Source of the DNA: Pyrobaculum calidifontis JCM 11548
GTDB taxonomy: Archaea; Thermoproteota; Thermoprotei; Thermoproteales; Thermoproteaceae
Reading direction: 5' to 3'
DNA length: 32,000 nt
Assembly: GCF_000015805.1 (NCBI RefSeq)
Contig: NC_009073.1
Coordinates: 1,770,001 to 1,802,000 of the forward strand
Position 1 is the stretch's first letter, and every line of letters starts with the position of its first letter. This document shows positions 1 to 7,679 of the stretch, piece after piece. The notes under the pieces were generated by a model. That model was not told where the DNA came from, ran no database searches, and saw nothing but the letters and a program-made list of their open reading frames with translations. A program made the position numbers and the translations under genes.

Positions 1-700
1 GAGACACAAAAAAGCGCTCCCCCACCTCCACCCTCTCTCTGCCCCAGTAGACGTAGCGCCTCCCGCCCCACTCCTCCACGTACACCACGAGAGGCGACGT
101 GGACAAGGGCTCCACGGCCTTGGCGCCTTTAAACTCTGCCCTCTCCGCGCCCAGAAACCGGCCGTCGAGAGTAATTTTCTTGAGCAGAAGCTCCATGCCC
201 TCGTCGGAGTAGTCAAAATCCGCCACGACGGCCCTATGCGGGTCTAAGACATCCACGTGGTACGACACGCCACAGGGCGCGGAAAAAACGCCGTAGGTCT
301 CTGGCTTAACCACAACCACAAACCCATCGGTACAGTAGAGAGATTTAACATCGGCGAAGGGGTAGGCGTACATGAAGTCCCACTTCCCGCTACATTCCAC
401 CTTTTCCACAATACGCCAGCCCTCTGTCTCAAAGACATAGGCATAGTCGCCTCCCACGGCTATTGCATATCTAGCCGGCTTAAACCCATCTGAGTACAAG
501 CCATAGGGCACCAACACCAGGTTAAACTCTCCTACCTCAACGCCGTCTGGCTTAAACAGCCTCGCCCCCCTCACCACCGCCGAGCCGTAGTGCACGCCCC
601 CCTCGACCCAGGGCACCTCAAGAAGAAGGCCCCCGGGCCCCTTGGCCAAGCCCTCCTTAACTACCCACAGCTCCCCCCTTGAATTTCCCACGAGCAACAT
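1..700 (-). CDS. hypothetical protein; N-terminal ~233 codons only, the gene runs off the window start
   Basis: Not in the supplied ORF track because there is no stop inside the window. Manual check: there are no tta, cta or tca triplets in the relevant frame between 2 and 700. ATG at 700-698 gives MLLVGNSRGELWVVKEGLAKGPGG..., preceded by an in-frame stop at 722-724. The start overlaps the 3' end of the upstream membrane gene by 44 nt. No recognisable domain. Confidence 0.45.
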   Translation of the reverse strand, partial: MLLVGNSRGELWVVKEGLAKGPGGLLLEVPWVEGGVHYGSAVVRGARLFKPDGVEVGEFNLVLVPYGLYSDGFKPARYAIAVGGDYAYVFETEGWRIVEKVECSGKWDFMYAYPFADVKSLYCTDGFVVVVKPETYGVFSAPCGVSYHVDVLDPHRAVVADFDYSDEGMELLLKKITLDGRFLGAERAEFKGAKAVEPLSTSPLVVYVEEWGGRRYVYWGRERVEVGERFFVS

Positions 701-1385
701 AGCCAATGGCAGTTGCCAAGGTTAAATAATGCACTGACAACTGGGCCTGCGGGCCCACTAAGAGGGAGTACATAAAGAGTCTCTCTCTTTGTAGCAAGGA
801 GAGAAACACGGCCACGGGCAGAAGCCAGGGCTGAGTAAGACCCATCCCAAAGACGAGAATCATGCCCATGTAGTAAGGCGACGCCGCCACCGCGGCCGCC
901 GTGGCCAAAGCCGCCGCCGACGCCAACTTCCAGGCGCCGTGGCGGATTCCGCTGATAAATACGCCGACGAGAGGCATAAACGCCCACGCCCACTCCAGAT
1001 ATGGCGTGACCCACAGGAGCTGAGGCGCGTACAAATTTACCACGCCCTGAGCCAAGTAGTAGGCGGCGACGACGTAGCCGGCCCTAGACCTAAAAAACAG
1101 CGCGTAAACCAGCGGGAGTATAGGCATAAGCCTAAGCCCAACGCCGATATAAGCCGCAGATAAGTCAAGCGCAGTCACTACAAGGGCAACTAGGGCGAGG
1201 GGCAGAGATCCCCACAAGCCGAGGTATGCGAATGCCAACACGTACAAGGCGATCATCGCAATATAGCCGCCCCACTGAATTGCGAGAAAGAGGGCGTGTG
1301 TAAACTGGTTCTGGGGGACAAAAATCCAGAACCTATTCAGGGTGCGGTTTAGGAGAAATTCGGAGAAGAGAAGGAAAAAGAGCAT
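657..1385 (-). CDS. polytopic integral membrane protein of unknown function, coupled to the nitrate reductase operon
   Basis: ORF 657..1427. The internal ATG at 1385 lies 4 nt after the stop (1390-1392) of the upstream heme-b subunit gene, so 1385 is the more likely start. The sequence is hydrophobic throughout (about 7-8 predicted helices by eye). Three His residues; no motif I recognise. Confidence 0.55.
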   Translation of the reverse strand: MLFFLLFSEFLLNRTLNRFWIFVPQNQFTHALFLAIQWGGYIAMIALYVLAFAYLGLWGSLPLALVALVVTALDLSAAYIGVGLRLMPILPLVYALFFRSRAGYVVAAYYLAQGVVNLYAPQLLWVTPYLEWAWAFMPLVGVFISGIRHGAWKLASAAALATAAAVAASPYYMGMILVFGMGLTQPWLLPVAVFLSLLQRERLFMYSLLVGPQAQLSVHYLTLATAIGYVARGKFKGGAVGS

Positions 1386-1389
1386 CGAA

Positions 1390-2301
1390 TTACTTCCTGC
1401 GGAACGCCAAGCCGAGCAATATTGCAATAACCGCTATTAGGACGCCGATCACCACCCACGCCCACGTCGGCGAAGTCTCCACAATCTGTGTAGCGGTGAC
1501 AGTGGTAGGCGCCGCCTGTGTAACAGTCTCAACTCTGGCAGGCGCCGCCGGTCTCTCAAGCGTGAAGCTGATCCAGCCGCTGGTGGCCTTCAGCCCGCCG
1601 CGCTCGCCCTTTCCGCCATCCCATGTGGCAAACGCCGCGCTGAAGTCGCTGGCCAGCGAGGACATCAGCGGGTGAACTGACGCAAGCGGCCTAACTATCA
1701 CCACCTGCCACCTGCCCCCAGCGTATGTGGTATATGCCTGCACTACCTGGGCATTCTGCGGCAGTAGCTCCACTGGCGAAGTGGGAGTTGCCTGTAGGCC
1801 AAGTGCCTCTCTCTGTTGCGGCGAAAGGCCGTAGCCAGCGCCCGCCACTAAGTTCTCCACGCCCACACCCGCCTTCCAGTAGATTATATTCACGGGGTTG
1901 TCCACGGTGCCCATGCATATGTAGGGCAACTGAGCCCTTGACACTGGGAACTGTATCGCCACGGCGTCTGGGAACACGTCTAATCCACCTGGCGTAGCCA
2001 CGTCCCTAGTGGAGTCTTGCCACGTCAACAGGAACGCTATATGCGTGGCATTGTACACGGCAGACACGTATACGCTACGCGTCTCCGCCGCCGCGGGCAG
2101 TGGATACGTCAACTGTTGCGACGTAAGCGGTACTTCAATAGGCGTGGGCCACACGGGCGCGGCTGGGTCAAGAGGTATATTCCCGTTCACATATTTCACA
2201 ACCACCGTCGGCGCCTGTGCCGTGATCAATATTACTCCCAGCGCCGCCAACACCACGGCGATGGCTAAGACGGCCCCGTGGAGAAGCCTACCGCCCATCA
2301 T
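1390..2301 (-). CDS. nitrate reductase heme-b gamma-like subunit (EbdC/SerC/DdhC-type domain) with C-terminal membrane anchor
   Basis: 303 aa with an N-terminal hydrophobic signal or anchor (AVLAIAVVLAALGVILI). The soluble core resembles the heme-b subunit of type II DMSO-reductase-family enzymes (segment FPDAVAIQFPV...CMG). C-terminal TM helix WAWVVIGVLIAVIAILLGLAF. The start overlaps the narH stop by 4 nt. Confidence 0.65.
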   Translation of the reverse strand: MMGGRLLHGAVLAIAVVLAALGVILITAQAPTVVVKYVNGNIPLDPAAPVWPTPIEVPLTSQQLTYPLPAAAETRSVYVSAVYNATHIAFLLTWQDSTRDVATPGGLDVFPDAVAIQFPVSRAQLPYICMGTVDNPVNIIYWKAGVGVENLVAGAGYGLSPQQREALGLQATPTSPVELLPQNAQVVQAYTTYAGGRWQVVIVRPLASVHPLMSSLASDFSAAFATWDGGKGERGGLKATSGWISFTLERPAAPARVETVTQAAPTTVTATQIVETSPTWAWVVIGVLIAVIAILLGLAFRRK

Positions 2302-3719
2302 GGCAACCCCACCACGCCTCTCTGCACTTGGGGCTGGTTTGTGTATCTCTTCGGATTCGTCGGTATGACGAACCTGTCCTCAAATCTCGCAATGGCGAAG
2401 AGCCGGTACATCTCCTCAGCGTCGGCCTCAGACAGCCCAGCCTCCTGAAGGGCCGCCTTGGCCTTCTCTGCGAGGCCAGGCTCAGCCACGTTCTTAGCCC
2501 TCTCGTAAATTCTCACGGCGAGTAGCTTCTTAAGCGCTTGTTCCACTAGCGCTGTGTCTCCCGCGGTGAACATGTTGGCAAGGTACTGGATGGGTATCCT
2601 CAGCTCAGAGACCTTCGGCATTATATCGGTGATCTTTGCACCATATGCGTTCTCATATGTGGTAACAACGGGGCTCAGCGGAGGCACGTAGAAGACCATG
2701 GGCAAGGTCCTAAACTCGGGGTGTAGCGGGAAGGCCACCTTCCACACCTTCACCATTTTGTACACAGGCGACCTCCTCGCCGCGGCAATCCAGTCGTCTG
2801 GAATCCCAGCCTCCCTCGCCGCCGCCACCACGTTGGGGTCGTAGGGATCTAGAAGCACCTCGTCTGCAAAGCGGCGGACAAGCCTCTTGGGATCCGGCTC
2901 GGCGGCTACGTCGAGCACCTTATCTGCGTCGTAGAGCAACACGCCCATGTACCTAATTTTCCCAACGCACGTCAGACTGCATACGGTGGGCTGGCCGGCC
3001 TCCACCCGGGGATAGCAGAAGATACATTTCTCAGATTTCCCAGTCTTCCAGTTGTAATACACCTTCTTATAGGGACATGCGGCCACACAGTACCTATACC
3101 CACGGCATCTAGTCTGGTCCACGAGCACTATGCCGTCCTCCTCCCTCTTATAAATCGCCTTTCTTGGACATGCGGCGAGGCACGACGGGTTTAGACAGTG
3201 GTTGCAAATCCTAGGCAGATACATCATAAACACGTCCTTAAACTGCGTATAGACCGCGCGCTCCGTCTCTGACATATTCACATCCTCCAGTATGTACTCG
3301 GTGCCCGCCAAGTCGTCGTTCCAGTTGGGGCCGTACTTCACATCGACGGGCTCGTTTGTTACTAGGGAAATAGGCCTAGCCACAGGCTGTTGCTCCGCCT
3401 GCGTCTCTGAGAATAGCACCTCGTAGTCGTAAGTCCACGGGTGATAGTAGTCGTCAAGCCCAGGCGGCTTATAGCTCTTCTTCAACTCGACTCTGAGGAC
3501 TAGCTTGCCCCCGCTCAGCGCCCAGCCGCCGTTGTACTTGTCTTGGTTCTCCCACTGCCTCGGATAGCCGGGGCCAGGCCGCGTCTCCACGTTGTTCCAC
3601 CACATGTACTCTGCGCCCTGCCTATTAGTCCATACGTTTTTACACGTGACGCTACACGTGTGGCAGCCAATGCACTTGTCCAAGTTCATTACCATCGCGA
3701 TCTGGGCGCGCACCCTCAT
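2298..3719 (-). CDS. narH: respiratory nitrate reductase beta (Fe-S) subunit
   Basis: 473 aa with four ferredoxin-like Cys groups (CIGCHTCSVTCK, CNHCLNPSCLAACP, CRGYRYCVAACP, CIFCYPR...C). 4-nt overlap with the narG stop. Confidence 0.95.
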   Translation of the reverse strand: MRVRAQIAMVMNLDKCIGCHTCSVTCKNVWTNRQGAEYMWWNNVETRPGPGYPRQWENQDKYNGGWALSGGKLVLRVELKKSYKPPGLDDYYHPWTYDYEVLFSETQAEQQPVARPISLVTNEPVDVKYGPNWNDDLAGTEYILEDVNMSETERAVYTQFKDVFMMYLPRICNHCLNPSCLAACPRKAIYKREEDGIVLVDQTRCRGYRYCVAACPYKKVYYNWKTGKSEKCIFCYPRVEAGQPTVCSLTCVGKIRYMGVLLYDADKVLDVAAEPDPKRLVRRFADEVLLDPYDPNVVAAAREAGIPDDWIAAARRSPVYKMVKVWKVAFPLHPEFRTLPMVFYVPPLSPVVTTYENAYGAKITDIMPKVSELRIPIQYLANMFTAGDTALVEQALKKLLAVRIYERAKNVAEPGLAEKAKAALQEAGLSEADAEEMYRLFAIARFEDRFVIPTNPKRYTNQPQVQRGVVGLP

Positions 3720-6700
3720 AGCCTCACCCCACTCGCCTTTCTTACTACCACAAGAGTATCCCTATTTACGCCAGTGGGGCCGTAGTAGTTAAAGGAGTAG
3801 CTTAGTTGCGCGTAGCCGCCCACCATCTTAGTGGGCTTTAAGTGAGTAATAGTAACGCTGTTGTGAATGCCAGCGCGCTTTCCAGTGGTGGGAGAAAGTG
3901 GAACATACACGTGCCTCTCCTGGGCGTGGTACATAATCGCGGTGCCCCTCGGAATCCTGGGACTCACGGCGGCCCTAGCCACAATTACGCCGTTTGCGTT
4001 GATCACCTCTATCCAGTCGTTGTCGTTTATGCCAGCCCACTTGGCGTCCTCGTCGTTGAGCCAGACCACCTGCCCACCTCTAAACAGCGTGAGCATAATG
4101 AGGTTGTCCCAGTACTCAGAGTGTATGTTCCACTTCCCATGCGGCGTCAAGAAGCGCAACACAAGCCTCCGCTCGCCCCCCACCTCCCTCCTATACTTGG
4201 CAGGGTCGTACCAGAAGTCTGACACGCTGGCAAACTTGTTAACAACGTTCACCAACACGACATCCAAAGGCCTCTTATATATGGGGAACGACTCTCCCAA
4301 CTCCCTAAACCACTCGTGGTCAATGTAGAGGTGCTGCCTTCCCGTCAAAGTGCGCCAAGGCACTAGGCGCTCCGTGTTCACAGTAAACGGCGAATACGTC
4401 CTCCCAGGCGCCTCAATGCCGTTCCACACAGGCGACGTCGTGACCCTCCTCGGCTGAGCGACGACGTCGTCAAACGTGATGCGGAGCTCCCTGGCGGGGA
4501 GGTCCTTAAGCGAGAGGCCCACCACTCTCTCCAGGTTTGACCACGCCATGTAGGCCACTTCGCCATTGGACTCCGGCGAGATGGCCAAGATGGCTTCGGC
4601 GGCCTGTTTATCTAGCTCAATGCTCGGACAGCCTCCTACATTTGCACACTGCGTCTTCACGTAGTCCGAGGTAGGCTGGGACACGCCGTTCCTCTCCCTA
4701 AGCCAGCTGTACTGTTCCACTGGCTTAAACGCCGGAATGCCCTTGGCCGATAGGCCCACTGTAACCACCAGCGGCCCCAGCGACACATACATGTCGTACA
4801 CGTCCCAATACCTCCTCCTCACCAGCGACACGTTCTGCGTAGTCTTGCCTGGTACTACATCCGCCTCGCCCTTCTTCCAGTCCTTCACTTCGCCGTATGG
4901 TTGTGCAATTTCCGCCGCCGAGTCGTGCATCAACGGCGTCATAACTACGTCAAAGGCCTCCTGCGGGAGGTACTTAGGCGCCATCTCAGAGAACTTCTTA
5001 GCCAACGCCTTGAAGATCTCCCAATCGCTCTTGGCCTCCCACGGCGGATCCACGGCGGGGGTAAACGGGTGGATAAAGGTGTGCATGTCTGTCATAGACA
5101 AGTCGTACTTCTCATACCACGTGGCCGTCGGCAGAACCACATCTGCGTACACGGGGGTCGTGGCCATGCGGAAGTCTATTGCCACAAGGAGGTCTAGCTT
5201 GCCCTCGGGAGCTGGCCTCACGTTTACCTCTTTCACAAGCTTTGTCCCCACTTCCTCAGCCGTTACGTTGTTGTCTGTGCCAAGTAGGTGCTTGAGGAAG
5301 TACTCGTGCCCCTTGGACGAGGAGCCCATGAGGTTGGCCCTCCAGACGAACAGCACCCTGGGCCAATTCTCCGGCGCGTCTGGGTCCTCTATTGCGAATT
5401 TGACCTCGCCGCTTTTAAGCATCTCGGCTACCCTCCTAGCCACGTAGGCCGACAGTTGCGCGTCGGGTACCCCCGCCTGCCTCGCCTCTTGCACCAGTCT
5501 GCTCCCAAGCTCAATGGGGTTGACGTTGAGAGTTGGGTAAAACGGCAACCAGCCCAGCCTCACCGCGACTACGTTGGCGTCCATCTCATGCATATTGCGC
5601 CACTTCTTAGCCCACGGCGCTGGGTAAATCTTGTCAGTGGTTATTGGGTCGTAGCGCCACTGGTCAGTGTGCACGTACCAGTAGCTGGGAGAGTTCTGTT
5701 GCCTAGGCGGCCTGACCCAGTCCAGGGCAAAGGCCAGCGTAGACCAGCCGATCAAAGTCCTAATCTTCTCCTGTCCCACATAGTGGGCCCACCCGCCGCC
5801 GTTTTTGCCCTGCGTTGCGCCGAGGAACACCAGCAACAGCACAGAGCGGTAAATGATGTCTGCGTGGTACCAGTGGTTTATCCCCGGCCCCACAAAGATC
5901 ATGGCCCTCCCGCCGCAAGGCGTGGCGTCGTCGCCGAAGAAGGGCGGGTCGCTCGGCTTGCCGAAGACCGGCCTCGAGTAAATTGCGGTGTTCATGAAGT
6001 CCCTCGCCACTTGTATGGCCAGCTGCCTAGACACGCCTGTGATGGCCTCCTGCCACGCCGGCGTGAAAGGCTTGGGGTCGTCGTAGCTGGCGGGGTAGTC
6101 GCCGCCGAGGTCGCCCCGCCTCACCCCCAGATGGGCCGCCAAGAGGTCGAAGACCGTGGTGACGTACCTATCGCCCACTTTAATGGCCGGGACCTCTCTG
6201 ACAAACTCCTTTGCGTCAAAGTCGACGGCGAAGAACTTGACCTTCACCTTTTCATACTTCCCAAGCTCCATCACCGAGAGCACAGGGTCGATGTCCCCCT
6301 CGCCCCTCGCCGTTATCCCCTTCAGCTGGAGATTCCACTTGCCGCTACCATCCCACCTAAACCCAATAGAGCCGTAGGGCACCGCCAGCGATCCGTCACT
6401 CTGCACCACCACAGTCTTCCACTCGGGGTTTTGGCCAACCTTGTCCTTGAGCTCTGGCACGTCTGAGGCCCTTAAGAAGCGGCCATAGGCGTAGGTCCCA
6501 TCGCCCAGCGGCTCGAGGACGACTAAGAACGGCAAATCGGTGTACCGCCTCGCGTACTCCCTCAGACACTTAATCTGCTTGTCCACGTAGTACTCCTTAA
6601 GCGCCACGTGGGCCGCCGCTAGGCCAAACGCGGCGTCTGTGCCAGGGGCCACCGGCACCCACACATCTGCAAATTTCACATGTTCGCTGTAGTCTGGGCT

Positions 6701-7594
6701 TACCACGGCCACCTTAGCCCCCCTGTACCTGGCCTGGGTGTACATCTGTGCGTCGGGGGTACGAGTCATGGGGAGGTTCGTCCCCCACACAATCATGTAC
6801 TGGGCGTGGAACCAGTCTGCGCTCTCTGGCACATCGGTTTGCTCGCCCCACATCTGGGGGCTGGCCGGCGGGAGGTCTGCATACCAGTCGTAAAAGGAGC
6901 CCATGACGCCGCCGATGAGCTCTATAAATCTGGCGCCCGCGGCGTAGCTCACAGGCGACATCGCCGGGATTGGGGTAAAGCCGTAGATCCTGTCAGGCCC
7001 ATACTTCTTAATTGTATATATCAAGGCGGCGGCAATTAGCTCCAGCGCCTCGTCCCAGCTCACCCGGCGCCAGCCCGCCTTGCCCCTCGCCCGCTGATAC
7101 GCCCGGCGGTTGTTGGGATCTTCCACAATCCTCCTCCAAGCCTCCACAGGGTCCCCAGTCTCCTGCTTAAACCTCCTATACATGTCCATCAACACCCCCC
7201 TCACGTAGGGGTACTTCACCCTAAGCGGCGAGTAGACGTACCAGGAAAAGCTCGCACCCCTTGGGCACCCCCTAGGCTCGTAGTTGGGAATGTCGGGAGA
7301 TATGTCGGGGTAGTCCGTGGCCTGAAGCTCCCACACAATCAAGCCGTCTTTGACGTAGACATTCCACGAACAAGACCCCGTACAGTTCACGCCGTGGGTA
7401 GAGCGGGCAACCTTGTCGTACTGCCACCTCCTCCTGTACATATCCTCCCACGACCTGTCGGGGTACTGGAGGCGGGCGTCTACAAACTGCGCCAGGGGCT
7501 TTAGATACTGAAGGTTCTGAGCCAGCGCCAACAAGCCCGCCGAGGCGCCCAGCGCGGCGGTAGTGGATATAAGCCGCCTACGCGTGATTTGCAT
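3716..7594 (-). CDS. narG: respiratory nitrate reductase alpha (molybdopterin) subunit with twin-arginine signal (outward-facing pNar type)
   Basis: 1292 aa. Tat signal MQITRRRLISTTAALGASAGLLALA. FS0 motif HGVNCTGSCSW (H-x3-C-x3-C) as in NarG. The size fits NarG. TATA-like CTTTAGAG (7614-7621, minus strand) lies 20-27 nt upstream of the ATG. Confidence 0.97.
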   Translation of the reverse strand: MQITRRRLISTTAALGASAGLLALAQNLQYLKPLAQFVDARLQYPDRSWEDMYRRRWQYDKVARSTHGVNCTGSCSWNVYVKDGLIVWELQATDYPDISPDIPNYEPRGCPRGASFSWYVYSPLRVKYPYVRGVLMDMYRRFKQETGDPVEAWRRIVEDPNNRRAYQRARGKAGWRRVSWDEALELIAAALIYTIKKYGPDRIYGFTPIPAMSPVSYAAGARFIELIGGVMGSFYDWYADLPPASPQMWGEQTDVPESADWFHAQYMIVWGTNLPMTRTPDAQMYTQARYRGAKVAVVSPDYSEHVKFADVWVPVAPGTDAAFGLAAAHVALKEYYVDKQIKCLREYARRYTDLPFLVVLEPLGDGTYAYGRFLRASDVPELKDKVGQNPEWKTVVVQSDGSLAVPYGSIGFRWDGSGKWNLQLKGITARGEGDIDPVLSVMELGKYEKVKVKFFAVDFDAKEFVREVPAIKVGDRYVTTVFDLLAAHLGVRRGDLGGDYPASYDDPKPFTPAWQEAITGVSRQLAIQVARDFMNTAIYSRPVFGKPSDPPFFGDDATPCGGRAMIFVGPGINHWYHADIIYRSVLLLVFLGATQGKNGGGWAHYVGQEKIRTLIGWSTLAFALDWVRPPRQQNSPSYWYVHTDQWRYDPITTDKIYPAPWAKKWRNMHEMDANVVAVRLGWLPFYPTLNVNPIELGSRLVQEARQAGVPDAQLSAYVARRVAEMLKSGEVKFAIEDPDAPENWPRVLFVWRANLMGSSSKGHEYFLKHLLGTDNNVTAEEVGTKLVKEVNVRPAPEGKLDLLVAIDFRMATTPVYADVVLPTATWYEKYDLSMTDMHTFIHPFTPAVDPPWEAKSDWEIFKALAKKFSEMAPKYLPQEAFDVVMTPLMHDSAAEIAQPYGEVKDWKKGEADVVPGKTTQNVSLVRRRYWDVYDMYVSLGPLVVTVGLSAKGIPAFKPVEQYSWLRERNGVSQPTSDYVKTQCANVGGCPSIELDKQAAEAILAISPESNGEVAYMAWSNLERVVGLSLKDLPARELRITFDDVVAQPRRVTTSPVWNGIEAPGRTYSPFTVNTERLVPWRTLTGRQHLYIDHEWFRELGESFPIYKRPLDVVLVNVVNKFASVSDFWYDPAKYRREVGGERRLVLRFLTPHGKWNIHSEYWDNLIMLTLFRGGQVVWLNDEDAKWAGINDNDWIEVINANGVIVARAAVSPRIPRGTAIMYHAQERHVYVPLSPTTGKRAGIHNSVTITHLKPTKMVGGYAQLSYSFNYYGPTGVNRDTLVVVRKASGVRL

Positions 7595-7645
7595 ATGTAC
7601 AAGGACTGGGCGGCTCTAAAGCGTTACAAGCGAGAAAGGGAAAGA

Positions 7646-7665
7646 GGAAAAATCGGGGTTTTTCC
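7646..7665 (-). terminator. inverted repeat GGAAAAA-N6-TTTTTCC; either a nor 3' hairpin followed by a U-rich tract or a narG upstream operator
   Basis: 7-bp perfect arms (7646-7652 and 7659-7665). The repeat lies 15-34 nt downstream of the nor stop (7680). On the minus strand it is followed by TCTTTCCCTTTCTC. Its centre is about 61 nt upstream of the narG ATG. Confidence 0.35.
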
Positions 7666-7679
7666 GACGAATCCCCTTT

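Noticed and set aside
5288-6466. 392-aa plus-strand ORF antisense to narG. Similar long alternative-frame ORFs occur at 13656-14525, 14544-15149, 23326-23967, 30112-30738 and 4737-5447.
   Set aside because: They lie entirely inside strongly supported genes (narG, ccmF, the NnrS-like gene, nosY). Their products are Arg/Pro/Gly-rich and of low complexity, as expected from GC-rich antisense or shifted frames, and they have no motifs or promoter context.
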